From a bacterium (lineage in GTDB: Bacteria; Oederibacteriota; JAJYGY01; DAIDJD01), in contig DATHOE010000034.1 in NCBI GenBank assembly GCA_035485275.1, forward strand, positions 93,677-157,676: a DNA stretch of 64,000 bases. The letters run 5' to 3'. Positions 26,919 through 37,430 of this stretch are shown here, in pieces. Positions within the stretch are counted from its first letter, which is position 1. Every line of letters begins with the position of its first letter. Under the pieces are notes generated by a model. That model had not been told where the DNA came from, made no database searches, and worked only from the letters and a program-made list of their open reading frames with translations. A program made the translations under genes and the position numbers.

Positions 26919-27982
26919 AGAAGGGTCCGCTGAATATCCTTTATCTGGGGGATTCCGCGCAGGGCACCACGTCCCTGCAACGGTGCATGGCGCTGCGCTC
27001 GCTCGGGCACCGGGTGACCATGGCGGACAGCGCTCCGCGGAGCATTGGGCTCCTCCATCGCGTCGATGACTGGCTGTACCGAAAGGGTTTTTCGGGGATG
27101 GGCCATCGCAGCCCGGCCACCAACCGGCAAATCCGACAGGAACTAGGGCGTAGGGTTTTCGACCTGCTTTGGATCGATAAGGGAATCTACATCACCCCCG
27201 AGACCATCGCCGCAGCCAAGGCCGCCAATCCCGGTCTGCTGGTTTTGGGCTATTCGCCGGACTACATGGCCGCGCGGCACAACAACAGCCGCTGGTTCAT
27301 CGCCCATTCCGCTTCGTACGACCTCTTCGTGACCACCAAATCTTATGCGGTGGAGTGGCACAAGGCGATCGGGACAAAAGACGTACTTTTTGTCGGCAAC
27401 GCCTACGACCCCGCGACGCACAGGCCGATGCGGATCGCCGCGGCGACGCGAAAGGCGCTGGGCGGGCCGGTTGGTTTCATCGGCTTTTATGAGGCGCCCC
27501 GCGCGGAGGCGGTCGCGTATCTGGGGGCGCACGGTGTTCCGACGAAGGTGTATTCCCCGGGATGGGACACCAGTTCGCCGGCCCCGGGGGTGACCGTCGT
27601 GGCGCGTCCCCTGTTCGGCGACGACTACGCGAAAGCAATCAACGCCTTCGACATCAACCTTTGCTTCCTTCGCGCCATGAACTTGGACGTGCAGACCCAG
27701 CGCAGCGTCGAAATTCCGGCTTGCGGGGCCTTCATGCTGGCCGAGCGGACGGCCGAGCACCAGGGACTTTTTAAAGAGGGTATCGAGGCGGATTTTTTCA
27801 GCAGCAAGGAAGAACTTCTGTCGAAATGCCGTTTCTATCTCGCGAATCCGGCAGTGAGGAAAAGGGTCGCCCTGGCCGGGTACCGGCGTTGCCTCCGTTC
27901 GGGTTACAGCAACCAGGCCAGGATGGAAAAGATGATTGAACACCTTTTGGGGTCCGTGCGGGGACGCGGGAAGGGAAGATGA
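26915..27982 (+). CDS. CgeB-like glycosyltransferase family protein
   Basis: C-terminal RSVEIPACGAFMLAERTAEHQGLFKEG...FFSSKEELLSKCRFYLANPAVRKRVALAGY resembles CgeB/GT1-like domain. Confidence 0.6.
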   Translation: MKKGPLNILYLGDSAQGTTSLQRCMALRSLGHRVTMADSAPRSIGLLHRVDDWLYRKGFSGMGHRSPATNRQIRQELGRRVFDLLWIDKGIYITPETIAAAKAANPGLLVLGYSPDYMAARHNNSRWFIAHSASYDLFVTTKSYAVEWHKAIGTKDVLFVGNAYDPATHRPMRIAAATRKALGGPVGFIGFYEAPRAEAVAYLGAHGVPTKVYSPGWDTSSPAPGVTVVARPLFGDDYAKAINAFDINLCFLRAMNLDVQTQRSVEIPACGAFMLAERTAEHQGLFKEGIEADFFSSKEELLSKCRFYLANPAVRKRVALAGYRRCLRSGYSNQARMEKMIEHLLGSVRGRGKGR

Positions 27983-29415
27983 GCTCGGCCACTTTGATGG
28001 GGGACACGCCCTTATTGCAGGTTCCCGCCGATACCCGGTATTTTAGGCGGATAGGATTCGGCCTCATCGCGGCCTGGGTCCTGGTTCTTTTGGCCGTCCT
28101 ATTCGTGAGCAATTGGTGCACGGAGAAAAACCTCCTGGCCGCGTTGGTTCTGAGTCTCGGTTTGAGCCCTATGGCGGCGTGGTTTTTGGAGGGCCAGGGC
28201 GGCGATTTCCCGATTTTCCAGTTGCATACACTATACTACGGCATGAATTACGGGCTTGCGTCGCTGTACGCCAATCCTCAATTGACCGCGGTGTCGGAAT
28301 CGGACCGCGTTGTCGCGCTGCAGGCGACCGCCATGGGCTTGGGGGTGATGCTGTGGGCGTATTACTTCATCGGGGTACGGTTGTTCCGGCGGATACGGCC
28401 GCTGAAGGTGACAACTCCCGTGCCCTATGAAAATTTTCTCAGATGGGCCTGGGTCATAGCCTTCATCAGCGCCATAAAAAAAATCACCGGAGTGGATTTT
28501 GGGCCCCTGGAGATGCTGGTTTACCAGCCTCTCCTGTACCTGGGGTGGATGGCCAACACTTTTATCCTTGTCGACTTGCTTGTCTACAAAAGGGGGAAGA
28601 AACTGCGGTCGATGTTTTTTTTCGGTTTGTTGATGTTCTTTCAGTTTTTTTCCGCCATCGGATCCGGCCTATTCTCCAACATCCTGATCCTCGTTTTTTT
28701 CATGATCTTCGTTTATTTGAACGTGAAAAAGCGGGTACTCATGAAGGTCATCGTCTTGAGCGTGGTGTTTTTCGTCATTTTGGAGCCGCTGAAAAACGAA
28801 TTTCGCCTGCTGACTTGGGGGCCCAAGAATACGTCCGTCAGCGCGGTTCAAAGGGCGTCGATTTTCGCGGAATTGCTCGTGTCGAAGTACAGCGCCTATT
28901 CTTCCGTCGCATCCACCTCCGTGAACCAGGTCGTCAGCAGGATAGACGACGCCTATACGTTGGCGCGAGTGATGCAGCAGACACCCGACTATGTCCCTTA
29001 TTCGAACGGCAGCACTTACTTATCCTTGCTCACCATTTGGATTCCACGCGCTATTTGGCCCGATAAACCACAAGGGAACATTGGAAATACGTGGGCCCAC
29101 TGGTACGGCCTATTGGACCAGGACGATTTCACGACCTCCTACAACCTGCCTTGGATCGTGGAGTTTTATATCAACTTCGGCTGGGCGGGGATCATCGTCG
29201 GCATGTTTTTGTCCGGAATCCTGTTTGCCTGGCTTGCCGCATTTTTTTGTTTCCCCGGGGCGAGCGCGTTGGAGTATTCGGCGGCGGTTCCCCTGCTTCT
29301 TAACCTTTGGTACGCCGAATCGAATTTCGCCCTGGTTGCCGGCGGGCTCATCATAGGGCTGGTCGTGCTCCGGGTGTACATGAAAGCCATGCCCTACCTC
29401 GCTTTCAAGTTTTGA
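27979..29415 (+). CDS. polytopic membrane protein, putative Wzy-type polymerase / O-antigen ligase-like
   Basis: 478 aa, about 10-12 TM helices with large loop; lower GC than neighbours; position between GT genes. Confidence 0.55.
   Translation: MSSATLMGDTPLLQVPADTRYFRRIGFGLIAAWVLVLLAVLFVSNWCTEKNLLAALVLSLGLSPMAAWFLEGQGGDFPIFQLHTLYYGMNYGLASLYANPQLTAVSESDRVVALQATAMGLGVMLWAYYFIGVRLFRRIRPLKVTTPVPYENFLRWAWVIAFISAIKKITGVDFGPLEMLVYQPLLYLGWMANTFILVDLLVYKRGKKLRSMFFFGLLMFFQFFSAIGSGLFSNILILVFFMIFVYLNVKKRVLMKVIVLSVVFFVILEPLKNEFRLLTWGPKNTSVSAVQRASIFAELLVSKYSAYSSVASTSVNQVVSRIDDAYTLARVMQQTPDYVPYSNGSTYLSLLTIWIPRAIWPDKPQGNIGNTWAHWYGLLDQDDFTTSYNLPWIVEFYINFGWAGIIVGMFLSGILFAWLAAFFCFPGASALEYSAAVPLLLNLWYAESNFALVAGGLIIGLVVLRVYMKAMPYLAFKF
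28476..28483 (+). repeat. A8 homopolymeric tract inside Wzy-like gene
   Basis: gccatAAAAAAAAtcacc read directly (encodes AIKKIT). Confidence 0.85.
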
Positions 29416-29416
29416 C

Positions 29417-30511
29417 ATGAAGATACTCGTCTTCCGGATTGGCCAATTGGGGGACGCCTTGGTGTCGGTGCCCGTCGTCCGGGCGGTCAGGGCCCTGTAC
29501 CCGCAAGCCCGGATGGACCTTTTGACCGACATGAAACGCGATCCCAACAGCGTCTCCGTGGACAAGGTTTTCGACGGATGCGGAATCTTCGAAAACGTTT
29601 TTTTCTACGGGTCGAAGGAGCGTTTCTTGAGGAATCCCCTTGCGCTGGCGGGGACCTGGCTGTCATTGCGGAAAAACGGCTATGACGGCCTGGTATACCT
29701 GGCGCCGAACCAGCGCTCGGGTTTCCAGATGCGCCGGGACGCCCTTGTCTTCCGATCCCTGGGGATCAAACGCATCTGGGGGCTGTCGTCCTCGGGCCGT
29801 ATTCTGCCCTCCTCCAGGCCCTTGCCGCGCCTGCCGGCCGAGGGCCGGACCCTTGCGGACAGGCTCATTCACGACGGATTGCCGATCAGCGTCGATGATT
29901 TCCGCTTCGATTTGGGGATCAGCGACGGCGAATATGGGGCCCTGCGCGGGAAGTTGGGGCAGGCCTGGCCCGGGGAGGGGGTCCGCGTCTACGCGGCCTG
30001 TCCCTTCACGGCCATGCCGGCGAAAAAATGGCCCTTGGGCCGTTACATCGAGGTATTCCGCCGCCTCCACAAGGAACAGGGCTTGAGCCCGATATTTTTG
30101 GGGTCGAAGGCGGATGGCGCGGAGGCTGAGGAATTGCGTCGCGCCATCGGAATCGGTTACAATTTCACTGGAATGAGCATCCGGGAGTCGGCGGCGATCA
30201 TGCGCCGCTGCGATTTTTACCTCGGCAACGACACGGGCACCATGCACTTGGCCGCCGCCGAGGGGCTCCGGTGCGTGGCGGTCTTCTCCGCGCGCACATA
30301 CCCCGGGATCTGGGAGCCACCGGGATCCGGTCACCGGATTCTCCGCACGGCGGTTCCGTGCGAAGGCTGCGAGCTTACCCACTGCGTCGAGCACAAGATG
30401 CAGTGCCTCGACCTCATCGGCGCCGACGCCGTCTATGAGGCCTGTGAGAGCCTTCTTGGAACGGCGGGTTACCCCCCGGGGGCTCAGGGACCTATAGCGG
30501 CAGGCAATTAG
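29417..30511 (+). CDS. glycosyltransferase family 9 (heptosyltransferase-like)
   Basis: MKILVFRIGQLGDAL N-terminus and YLGNDTGTMHLAAA motif typical of GT9. Confidence 0.8.
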   Translation: MKILVFRIGQLGDALVSVPVVRAVRALYPQARMDLLTDMKRDPNSVSVDKVFDGCGIFENVFFYGSKERFLRNPLALAGTWLSLRKNGYDGLVYLAPNQRSGFQMRRDALVFRSLGIKRIWGLSSSGRILPSSRPLPRLPAEGRTLADRLIHDGLPISVDDFRFDLGISDGEYGALRGKLGQAWPGEGVRVYAACPFTAMPAKKWPLGRYIEVFRRLHKEQGLSPIFLGSKADGAEAEELRRAIGIGYNFTGMSIRESAAIMRRCDFYLGNDTGTMHLAAAEGLRCVAVFSARTYPGIWEPPGSGHRILRTAVPCEGCELTHCVEHKMQCLDLIGADAVYEACESLLGTAGYPPGAQGPIAAGN

Positions 30512-30567
30512 CGTTTCATCGCCCCTTCCGCGGATGGATGGGGCGAGCTCCGTTTTTAAGGCGTCCG

Positions 30568-31428
30568 ATGACCAAGCTTCCGATCACCGTTCTCTTGGCC
30601 GTCAAGAACGAGGCGCTGAACCTGCCGAAATGCCTGGATTCCCTCGGGCCGGCCGTGAAGGTCTATGTCCTGGATTCGCAGAGCACCGACGATTCGGCCA
30701 AGATCTGCCGCCGCCGGGGAGCCGAGGTCGTACAGTTCCGCTACAAGAACAGCTATCCGAAAAAAAGGCAGTGGGCCCTGGAGCACTTGAGGATCACCAC
30801 GCCGTGGGTTTTTCTCCTGGACGCGGACGAGATCATAACCGAGGCCCTGTGGTCGGAAATCCGAGAGGTCATCTCGTCGCCGTCGAAGGTCAACGCCTTC
30901 CTCATCAAAAAACAGTTCCATTTTCTGGGGCGGCGCTTCACCCACGGCGGTTTTTCCCACGCAGCCATCCTTCTTTTCAGGAACGGGACGGCCCGTTTTG
31001 AAAGGCTCTTCGACGACGATTCGTCGGATCTGGACATGGAGGTCCATGAGCGTCTGATCGTGGATGGCGCCATCCGCCCCTTAAAAAACCCCGTCAGGCA
31101 CGAGGATTTCAAGAATTTGTCGGCCTATCTCGAGCGGCACAACAAGTATTCCTCCTGGGAAAGCGCGCTGCGCCTTCAATTCATGAAGACGGGGAAATAC
31201 GGGAACGACAGCATCCGAGCGAAGTTCTTCGGCAACGCCCAGGAACGCCGGCGTTTCCTGAAGAAACTCGTCATCCGGGCCCCTTTTGAGCCGTGGATTT
31301 GGTTCATCTACCATTACCTGATCAGGCTCGGTTTTCTTGAGGGAAGGCCCGGGTTTATCGCCTGCGTCATTCGGTCGAATTATATTTCGGACACCAGGGC
31401 CAAAATGTACGAGATGGCGAACAAATGA
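30568..31428 (+). CDS. glycosyltransferase family 2
   Basis: ITVLLAVKNEALNLPKCLDS ... VFLLDADEI (DxD) GT-A motifs; ATG at 30568. Confidence 0.8.
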   Translation: MTKLPITVLLAVKNEALNLPKCLDSLGPAVKVYVLDSQSTDDSAKICRRRGAEVVQFRYKNSYPKKRQWALEHLRITTPWVFLLDADEIITEALWSEIREVISSPSKVNAFLIKKQFHFLGRRFTHGGFSHAAILLFRNGTARFERLFDDDSSDLDMEVHERLIVDGAIRPLKNPVRHEDFKNLSAYLERHNKYSSWESALRLQFMKTGKYGNDSIRAKFFGNAQERRRFLKKLVIRAPFEPWIWFIYHYLIRLGFLEGRPGFIACVIRSNYISDTRAKMYEMANK

Positions 31429-31438
31429 AACCGAGCCG

Positions 31439-32659
31439 TCAGGAGGGCCAGGGTTTCCCGGCCAGCGCGACGCTCAAGCGGGCCGCCTGGGCTATGCCCT
31501 TGGCCGACGCGGCTGTGCTGTAGAGTTTGATGCGTTCGGATGCTTCGGTCGAGTAACGACGCCTGCGGCTTTTGTCGAGGAAAAGGTTCCGGAGGTGTTC
31601 GGCGAGTTTTTTCGCGTCCCCCGCGGCGAATAGTTCCCCTGTTTTTCCCGGCGACACCAAGTCCTGGGCGCAGCCGCATTGCTCGGTGGCGATGACGGGC
31701 AGCCCCATCTGCATGGCTTCGTTCACCACCAGACCCCAGGTCTCAAAGAGCGATGGCAGGACGAAAAGGTCCGCGGCCGCGAAGTAGTCGGCTAGGCGGC
31801 TTTGGTTCACGAAACCCGCCAGGACCGCCCGGCCCGGGGCCAGCCGCCGCGCCTGGGCCCGCAAATCGGGGGCCAGGGGCCCGTCGCCGACGAAAACGGC
31901 CTTCAGTTGGGGTAAATCCGGCAGGAGCGCCAGGGCGTCCAGCAGGGTTTGGGGCGCCTTCCGGTCGATGAGCTTTCCGGAAAAGAGGGCCACCACGTCC
32001 TTGGGGCCGATGCCCAAGGCGCTCCTCAGCGCGGCGGAGCGGGGGCGCCGATTGAAAAGGGCGGAGTCCACGGAATAGGGCGAAAAAACGAGGCGGTCTG
32101 GATCCACGCCGAGCCCGGAAAGATGGGTTCTTGCCCCCTTGCCGATCACCGCGAACGCGTCCACGGACGAATAAATCCGTTTCAAGATCCGGTTTCTCGC
32201 CCAGGATTTCAACGCATAGGCGGCCTTTCCCGGCCCGGAGGAGGCGTCCGCGCCGGGGGAGGGCCCGAATTCCCCACGCATCACCACACCCAGGCCCAGC
32301 CTGTGCGCGGCCCACAGCGTCTGCCATTCAAAGGGCCGCATGTAACCCGGCACCAGCACGCACTGGAAGCCGCCCCGCAGCAGCAAGTCCAGGGGGTGCC
32401 TCAGGCGCATCTGCCAGCGCCGCGTGGGGTCCCTGTCGCGGGACAGAAAGACGCTGGAGTAGCCTTCCAAAAGCGGCACGTCCCAGGTTACGCCGCGGCC
32501 GAAATCCGGGTCCTTCCCGTCGCGCAGGCTGGAGTCGCTGAGGTAGAAAACCGTCGCGTCGATGTCGCGTTCACGGCCAAGCTGCCGCCATACCGGGGCG
32601 AAATACTGAATAGGATGGGTTTGGAATATGGCGAGCTTGATCCGCAAGTTTGCCCTCAC
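31439..32659 (-). CDS. glycosyltransferase family 4 (GT-B)
   Basis: FVLPSLFETWGLVVNEAMQMGLPVIATEQCGCAQDLV motif; probable GTG start at about 32659 (GAAAGG RBS), overlapping upstream stop. Confidence 0.8.
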   Translation of the reverse strand: MRANLRIKLAIFQTHPIQYFAPVWRQLGRERDIDATVFYLSDSSLRDGKDPDFGRGVTWDVPLLEGYSSVFLSRDRDPTRRWQMRLRHPLDLLLRGGFQCVLVPGYMRPFEWQTLWAAHRLGLGVVMRGEFGPSPGADASSGPGKAAYALKSWARNRILKRIYSSVDAFAVIGKGARTHLSGLGVDPDRLVFSPYSVDSALFNRRPRSAALRSALGIGPKDVVALFSGKLIDRKAPQTLLDALALLPDLPQLKAVFVGDGPLAPDLRAQARRLAPGRAVLAGFVNQSRLADYFAAADLFVLPSLFETWGLVVNEAMQMGLPVIATEQCGCAQDLVSPGKTGELFAAGDAKKLAEHLRNLFLDKSRRRRYSTEASERIKLYSTAASAKGIAQAARLSVALAGKPWPS

Positions 32660-34401
32660 GAACCTTTCACGCTGAGGAAATTCCCGAGGCAAAGCGCGTC
32701 GATGTCGTTGCGCAAGTAGCAGGCGACCGCCTGCCGGGGAGTGTCCACCACGGGCTCATTCTCGTTGAAACTCGTGTTGAGGACTACGGGTGTCCCGCTT
32801 AAGCGTCCGAAACGCTCGATCAATGCGTAGTACCGCGGGTTCAGTTCGCTGGTCACCGTCTGCAGGCGTCCGGTGGAGTCCTCGTGGGTCACCGCGGCCA
32901 GCGCCCCGCGTTTCGCTTCCCGGATCCGGACGACATGCATCATGAAGGGGCTGGAAACGTCCTGCTCAAAATATTCGTGCACGGATTCGGCAAGGATGCT
33001 GGGGGCGAAAGGACGGAAGCCTTCCCGGCGCTTGATACGCCGGTTGATGGTGTCCTTCATGCCCGGCCATCCTGGATGCGCCAGGATGGACCGGTTCCCC
33101 AAAGCCCGCGGTCCCCATTCGCTGCGCCCCTGGTACCAGCCCACGATCTTGCCCTGGTTCAGCAGGCCGGCGACCGAGTCGAATAGGGCGTCGTCGTCCA
33201 GGCGTTTGTAGGCCAGGCCCCCCTCACGCAGCGCCGCTTCGATTTCATTTTCCGGGTATTCCGGGCCGAGGTAGGCCTGCATTTGGGCCGGGACCCTGGG
33301 ATTTCCGAGCACCTGGTGCCAGACATGGTAGGCGGCGCCGACGGCGGTGCCGTCGTCGGAGGCCGCGCATTGGATATAGGTCCGGCGGAAGGGGGTGTCC
33401 CGCAGTATCCGGGCGTTGCAGACGCCGTTGAGGGCGCAGCCGCCGGCGGTCACCAGGGCGTCTACCGGAACCCGGCCCGCGAGCCATCCGAGGCTCTGCA
33501 GCACGACCTCTTCAAAACGGGTTTGGCAGGAACGGGCCAGGTCCATCTCGCGCTGGGTGATCGGGTCGCCGCGGCGCCGGGGCGCACCCAATTCCGCCAC
33601 CAAGCGGTCGGTATAAAGGCGCGACAACACCGGGTTTGCGCCGGCGACGGTCGTCGGCATGCGGCCGTCGGTGCCGAGGGCGCTGATATAGCTTTGATCG
33701 AGCTTGAAATCGCCGTTCTTGCCGGCATCTAGGACTTTCCGCATGAACGGCGCGTAGACGTCCTGGCCGTAGGCCGACAGGCCCATGACCTTGTATTCCT
33801 CGCCCACCTGGTCGAATCCGATGAACTGGCAGATTGCGGTGTAAAAGATCCCCAATGAATGGGGCAAGTGCACCCGCTTGAGCACATCGATTTTCGTCCC
33901 ATGGCAATGGGCGTACATCGCCGATACGAAGTCCCCGGAACCGTCGTAGGAAAAACCCGCCGCCTCCTCGAATGGGCTGCAATAGAAGGCGCTGGCGATA
34001 TGGGCCAGATGGTGTTCAACGGGCACCACTTTGAAGCGGCAGGAGCTTTCAGGCTCCCCCAGGGCCTCCGCGACCATGCTTTTCAAGCTGAGGGTGTTTT
34101 TCCTGCGCGCCAGGTTCGCCCGCACATAGTCGAGCGCGCCGGCGGGATGCCCAAGCAGATAGGCCAGCTTGGCGGCCCCATTCGCGCTGTTGTCGTGGCC
34201 GAGGGCGATATAGTCGATGTCCTTGAGCTTGAGCCCCTCCATATCCAATACGCGCCGTAGGGCATGGGCAGGGAAGCAGGAGGCGTGTTTGATCCTTTCG
34301 CCCAGGCGCTCCTCCGCGATGGCGGCCGTGAGGCGTCCGTCCCGCACCAGACAGGCGGACGAATCGAGGTGGAAGAGGTTCAATCCGACGATCGCGGGCA
34401 T
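32656..34401 (-). CDS. carbamoyltransferase (NodU/CmcH family)
   Basis: MPAIVGLNLFHLDSSACLVRDGRLTAAIAEERLGERIKH N-terminal signature and HHLAHIASAF; about 581 aa; start at ATG 34401. Confidence 0.85.
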   Translation of the reverse strand: MPAIVGLNLFHLDSSACLVRDGRLTAAIAEERLGERIKHASCFPAHALRRVLDMEGLKLKDIDYIALGHDNSANGAAKLAYLLGHPAGALDYVRANLARRKNTLSLKSMVAEALGEPESSCRFKVVPVEHHLAHIASAFYCSPFEEAAGFSYDGSGDFVSAMYAHCHGTKIDVLKRVHLPHSLGIFYTAICQFIGFDQVGEEYKVMGLSAYGQDVYAPFMRKVLDAGKNGDFKLDQSYISALGTDGRMPTTVAGANPVLSRLYTDRLVAELGAPRRRGDPITQREMDLARSCQTRFEEVVLQSLGWLAGRVPVDALVTAGGCALNGVCNARILRDTPFRRTYIQCAASDDGTAVGAAYHVWHQVLGNPRVPAQMQAYLGPEYPENEIEAALREGGLAYKRLDDDALFDSVAGLLNQGKIVGWYQGRSEWGPRALGNRSILAHPGWPGMKDTINRRIKRREGFRPFAPSILAESVHEYFEQDVSSPFMMHVVRIREAKRGALAAVTHEDSTGRLQTVTSELNPRYYALIERFGRLSGTPVVLNTSFNENEPVVDTPRQAVACYLRNDIDALCLGNFLSVKGS

Positions 34402-34739
34402 AGTTACTCTTTTTTTGGAGGCCGGGCCCCCAGGCATGGGCGGGGCGTCGCGATAAAAACAGGGGATCCGGGGCTCCGGAAACGAGCGGAGTTCACCCGT
34501 AAACTCGGCGGGGAGCCTGAAAAACAGCCAAACCGCGGGCAGCCGGAATTGGGAGGGTCTCTATGGCGTGTATTTTCGGTTATGGGCCATTTCAATGTCA
34601 ACACCGACTCTGGGCCCTCGCTGGAGGGTCCCCTGGGAAGCCCTTTTTGCCATAGCGCCAGGCGCCTTTGGAAGCTAGGCGTTTTTGTTTCAAGCGCGGA
34701 TGAAACGGACTAGAAGCCCCGACCCATCTTGCGGAGTGC

Positions 34740-35894
34740 TCACGCAGCCGGCCCTCTAACGGGGGCTGCCGGCCGCCTTTGTGGCATAGAAAGCATGCAT
34801 ACGAACATCAGGAGGATCGTGGGAAAATTCTGGAGGATGATCGTTCTGTCATAGTCGCTGAACCAGCCCAAGCGATACAGGGCTATTTGGGCGTAACACA
34901 ATCCCGTCAGGGCCAGCGCCAGCGCCGCATGCCATTTGGAAGCGATGCCGTCGCGGAACAATAGCGCCAAAGGGAAGATGAAGCTAAGCATGTCATATTC
35001 CCCGTGGTAGACCACCAGCAGCGTCCAAATGACGAAAATCGAGAAAGTCGCGAGGTCGTCGAGATCGCCCCTCCGCACCCGCCGTACCATCGCGACAAAG
35101 GTGCCCGCCTGAAAGAGCAAGACAAGCGCTTTGGACTGCCATAGCCGGGGGTAGAGCGATAAAACGGCGTTGACGTCGGTGTCCCCCAATGCCGAGGCAT
35201 TTCTCAAGGTGTGAACATATTCCGTCACGAGGTTCCAGGGCGTCGTGGCGAGCCAGGTACTTGAAAATACGATGAGAATCCCATGGAGGGTCAAAGCAAG
35301 ACCCACCGGGGCATATAGCCCCAGGCACGCCATCCATAAAAGTCCGGGCAATGTGAAGGTCCATTTCAGCAGCGAGAACTGGAGCGCGATGGCGGCCCAT
35401 AACGGATGTTTTTTCAGCGCCAGCTCGTATCCCATCAAAAATAAGCCCAAGGCGAACAGGGTTTGCTGCCCATCCCCAATGTCCTCACGCCAGGGCCTCG
35501 AGGCGTAGACGAGCAATGAGAAAACCAGGAATTTGTCCAAGGGAATGCGGTTCAGCCAGCGTCTTCGGATCATCCAAAAAATGTATACGGTCATGCATAA
35601 TTTAGAGAAGAGCCAGATCATTTTTGCGGGCGTCCAATCCAAGGCCGCCAGCGGCCACAGACAAACTAGGCTGGCCGGCGAGTAATAGTGGAGACCGTCA
35701 CCCCCCCATTCCGTTTCGATCTTCAACCACGCCGGCCCAGAATGGTACGGATCTATGTGCTGGAGCAATAGACGGGATTCACACCAGGCTGAATCGTGGC
35801 TGAAAGCTACGGCATTCTTGACGTTCCAAACCGTTACGGCCAGAAAAAGAACCGCGAGCAAGGCCCGCGTTGGGGTCCAATGAAATCGAAGCAA
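34740..35894 (-). CDS. polytopic membrane protein, putative GT-C-type glycosyltransferase (DUF2029/GT87-like)
   Basis: 384 aa, about 10 TM helices; assignment from hydrophobicity pattern and context only. Confidence 0.45.
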   Translation of the reverse strand: MLRFHWTPTRALLAVLFLAVTVWNVKNAVAFSHDSAWCESRLLLQHIDPYHSGPAWLKIETEWGGDGLHYYSPASLVCLWPLAALDWTPAKMIWLFSKLCMTVYIFWMIRRRWLNRIPLDKFLVFSLLVYASRPWREDIGDGQQTLFALGLFLMGYELALKKHPLWAAIALQFSLLKWTFTLPGLLWMACLGLYAPVGLALTLHGILIVFSSTWLATTPWNLVTEYVHTLRNASALGDTDVNAVLSLYPRLWQSKALVLLFQAGTFVAMVRRVRRGDLDDLATFSIFVIWTLLVVYHGEYDMLSFIFPLALLFRDGIASKWHAALALALTGLCYAQIALYRLGWFSDYDRTIILQNFPTILLMFVCMLSMPQRRPAAPVRGPAA

Positions 35895-36093
35895 TTCAAA
35901 TCTCCCGGACGGAACCCGGGACCTAGTCTCGGGTAAACAATGGGGCGGATACGCGCCAAAAATGATTTTCCCTCTGTATTATTTCATTGTGTCTTAAAGG
36001 TAGCTCAGAGGCAAGAGGCCCAACCCTCGTGGGCACTCCTTAGGCCATTATGCTGCGCTTAATGCTTGGATCCAGGGATTGTAAGGGCTCGAC

Positions 36094-37170
36094 CTAAGTT
36101 TGTGTTAGGAGCTTCCCGGACCTGTCCCCCCAGAAATGCTTGAGCCAGAGCCTAGCCGGTCGATCGAAATAGGTGTCTAGGTATGCACATAAAACGAGCA
36201 AACCGGCAATGAACCCGATGCCAGACCACGGAGCCCAACTCTCGACTGGAACATTGAGGTGTTTGAAGAGCATGTGGACAAAAAATTCGCACGTAAGATG
36301 AAGCACATACACCGCATAGCTGGTCGCGCCCAAAAAGGCGTAGATCCGGGATTCCCGACCCGGCGCGGAATCCGCAGCTGCCCCGAGGTAGATCAGCGTC
36401 GGCGAAAGGATCAGAACGAAAAGCAGCTCATAGGTGCAACGGAATGCCTTGCTGGGTTCCAGGCCCAAAAATAAGAGCAGGCCGGCCAGCAGAAGTGGGG
36501 GATAGATTTTCAGCCCGGACCGCGGCAGCCGTTGCAGAAGAAGCCCCGCGCAAAAAGAAAAACATACGCGGGAGGCCGCTATCCATACGTCGTTCAGGCT
36601 CCAGGAGTCTCCCGCGATCATTGAGCCCGTTCTCCGCTGCGCGATGTACAACCCCATCGCACCCACTCCGGCTAGCGCCAGAAGCAGGCGCCGGTTTAGT
36701 CTCCGCCAAAAGGCGCCGTAAAAAGCGTTTGCAATCAATTCCCAAAAGAGGGTCCAGGCCACAAGCATTAGTGGATAAAACTCAGGAGAAATGTTGAGTG
36801 AAAATGGCGACGGCAGCATGATCAGGCCGAGAAGCAGAGACGCAACCATGCCTGTGATGCTAATGTGCAGCGGGTTCCCCATGAAAAAGTTTCCGATCCA
36901 GGGGATCAATCCGAGCAGCGTGCCCAGCAGGTAAAGCGGATAGAAACGGATCAAACGCAGGCGCATGAATTCCGCCCAGGTCATTGTTTGAGCCAGGCGC
37001 CCCGAATAAGCTTCGGACACCACAAAACCGCTGAGCGCGAAAAAGAAATCCACCGCCAAAGAGCCTTCCGGAAAATTGAAAGCGCCGAAAAATGTTCCGC
37101 CGTGGACTACTATAATCGCGATGGCCGCCACGCCGCGCATACCATCCAGGGTTAGGTAACGCTTTTTCAT
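36094..37170 (-). CDS. acyltransferase family 3 membrane O-acyltransferase
   Basis: YLTLDGMRGVAAIAIIVVHG...DFFFALSGFVVSEAY signature. Confidence 0.8.
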   Translation of the reverse strand: MKKRYLTLDGMRGVAAIAIIVVHGGTFFGAFNFPEGSLAVDFFFALSGFVVSEAYSGRLAQTMTWAEFMRLRLIRFYPLYLLGTLLGLIPWIGNFFMGNPLHISITGMVASLLLGLIMLPSPFSLNISPEFYPLMLVAWTLFWELIANAFYGAFWRRLNRRLLLALAGVGAMGLYIAQRRTGSMIAGDSWSLNDVWIAASRVCFSFCAGLLLQRLPRSGLKIYPPLLLAGLLLFLGLEPSKAFRCTYELLFVLILSPTLIYLGAAADSAPGRESRIYAFLGATSYAVYVLHLTCEFFVHMLFKHLNVPVESWAPWSGIGFIAGLLVLCAYLDTYFDRPARLWLKHFWGDRSGKLLTQT

Positions 37171-37430
37171 TGAGGATCCTTGGCGCTATTGATGAAGCCC
37201 TGCTGTGCTTGAGATGCCGGAGCGGACTGTCTTCAACGAAGCCACATTTTGGATCATGGGACGCGACAATGGAAGGGCACGAAGCGTGCACAAATGGGGA
37301 AGGGGAGGCATTTTCGCCATAGCCTGGGGGATTTTTTAACGGTATGTTCTGACCGCAGGGGCCAAGCCGTCTCCTATTGCCGCCTATGGCTTCGGCTCAT
37401 AAAAAACTTGTCTTACCCCCCGACACTTAG

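Noticed and set aside
28560-28700. T7-T8 homopolymer runs in the Wzy-like gene as phase-variation sites
   Set aside because: They encode consecutive Phe residues within hydrophobic helices of an AT-richer membrane-protein gene, so they are expected from codon composition; less compelling than the A8 tracts.
35990-36060. tRNA-like fragment (ggtagctcagagg, reminiscent of a tRNA D-arm) in the intergenic region
   Set aside because: Only the D-loop-like octamer matches; no acceptor stem, anticodon arm or T-loop (GTTCRA) could be assembled, so it is not a tRNA or a convincing remnant.
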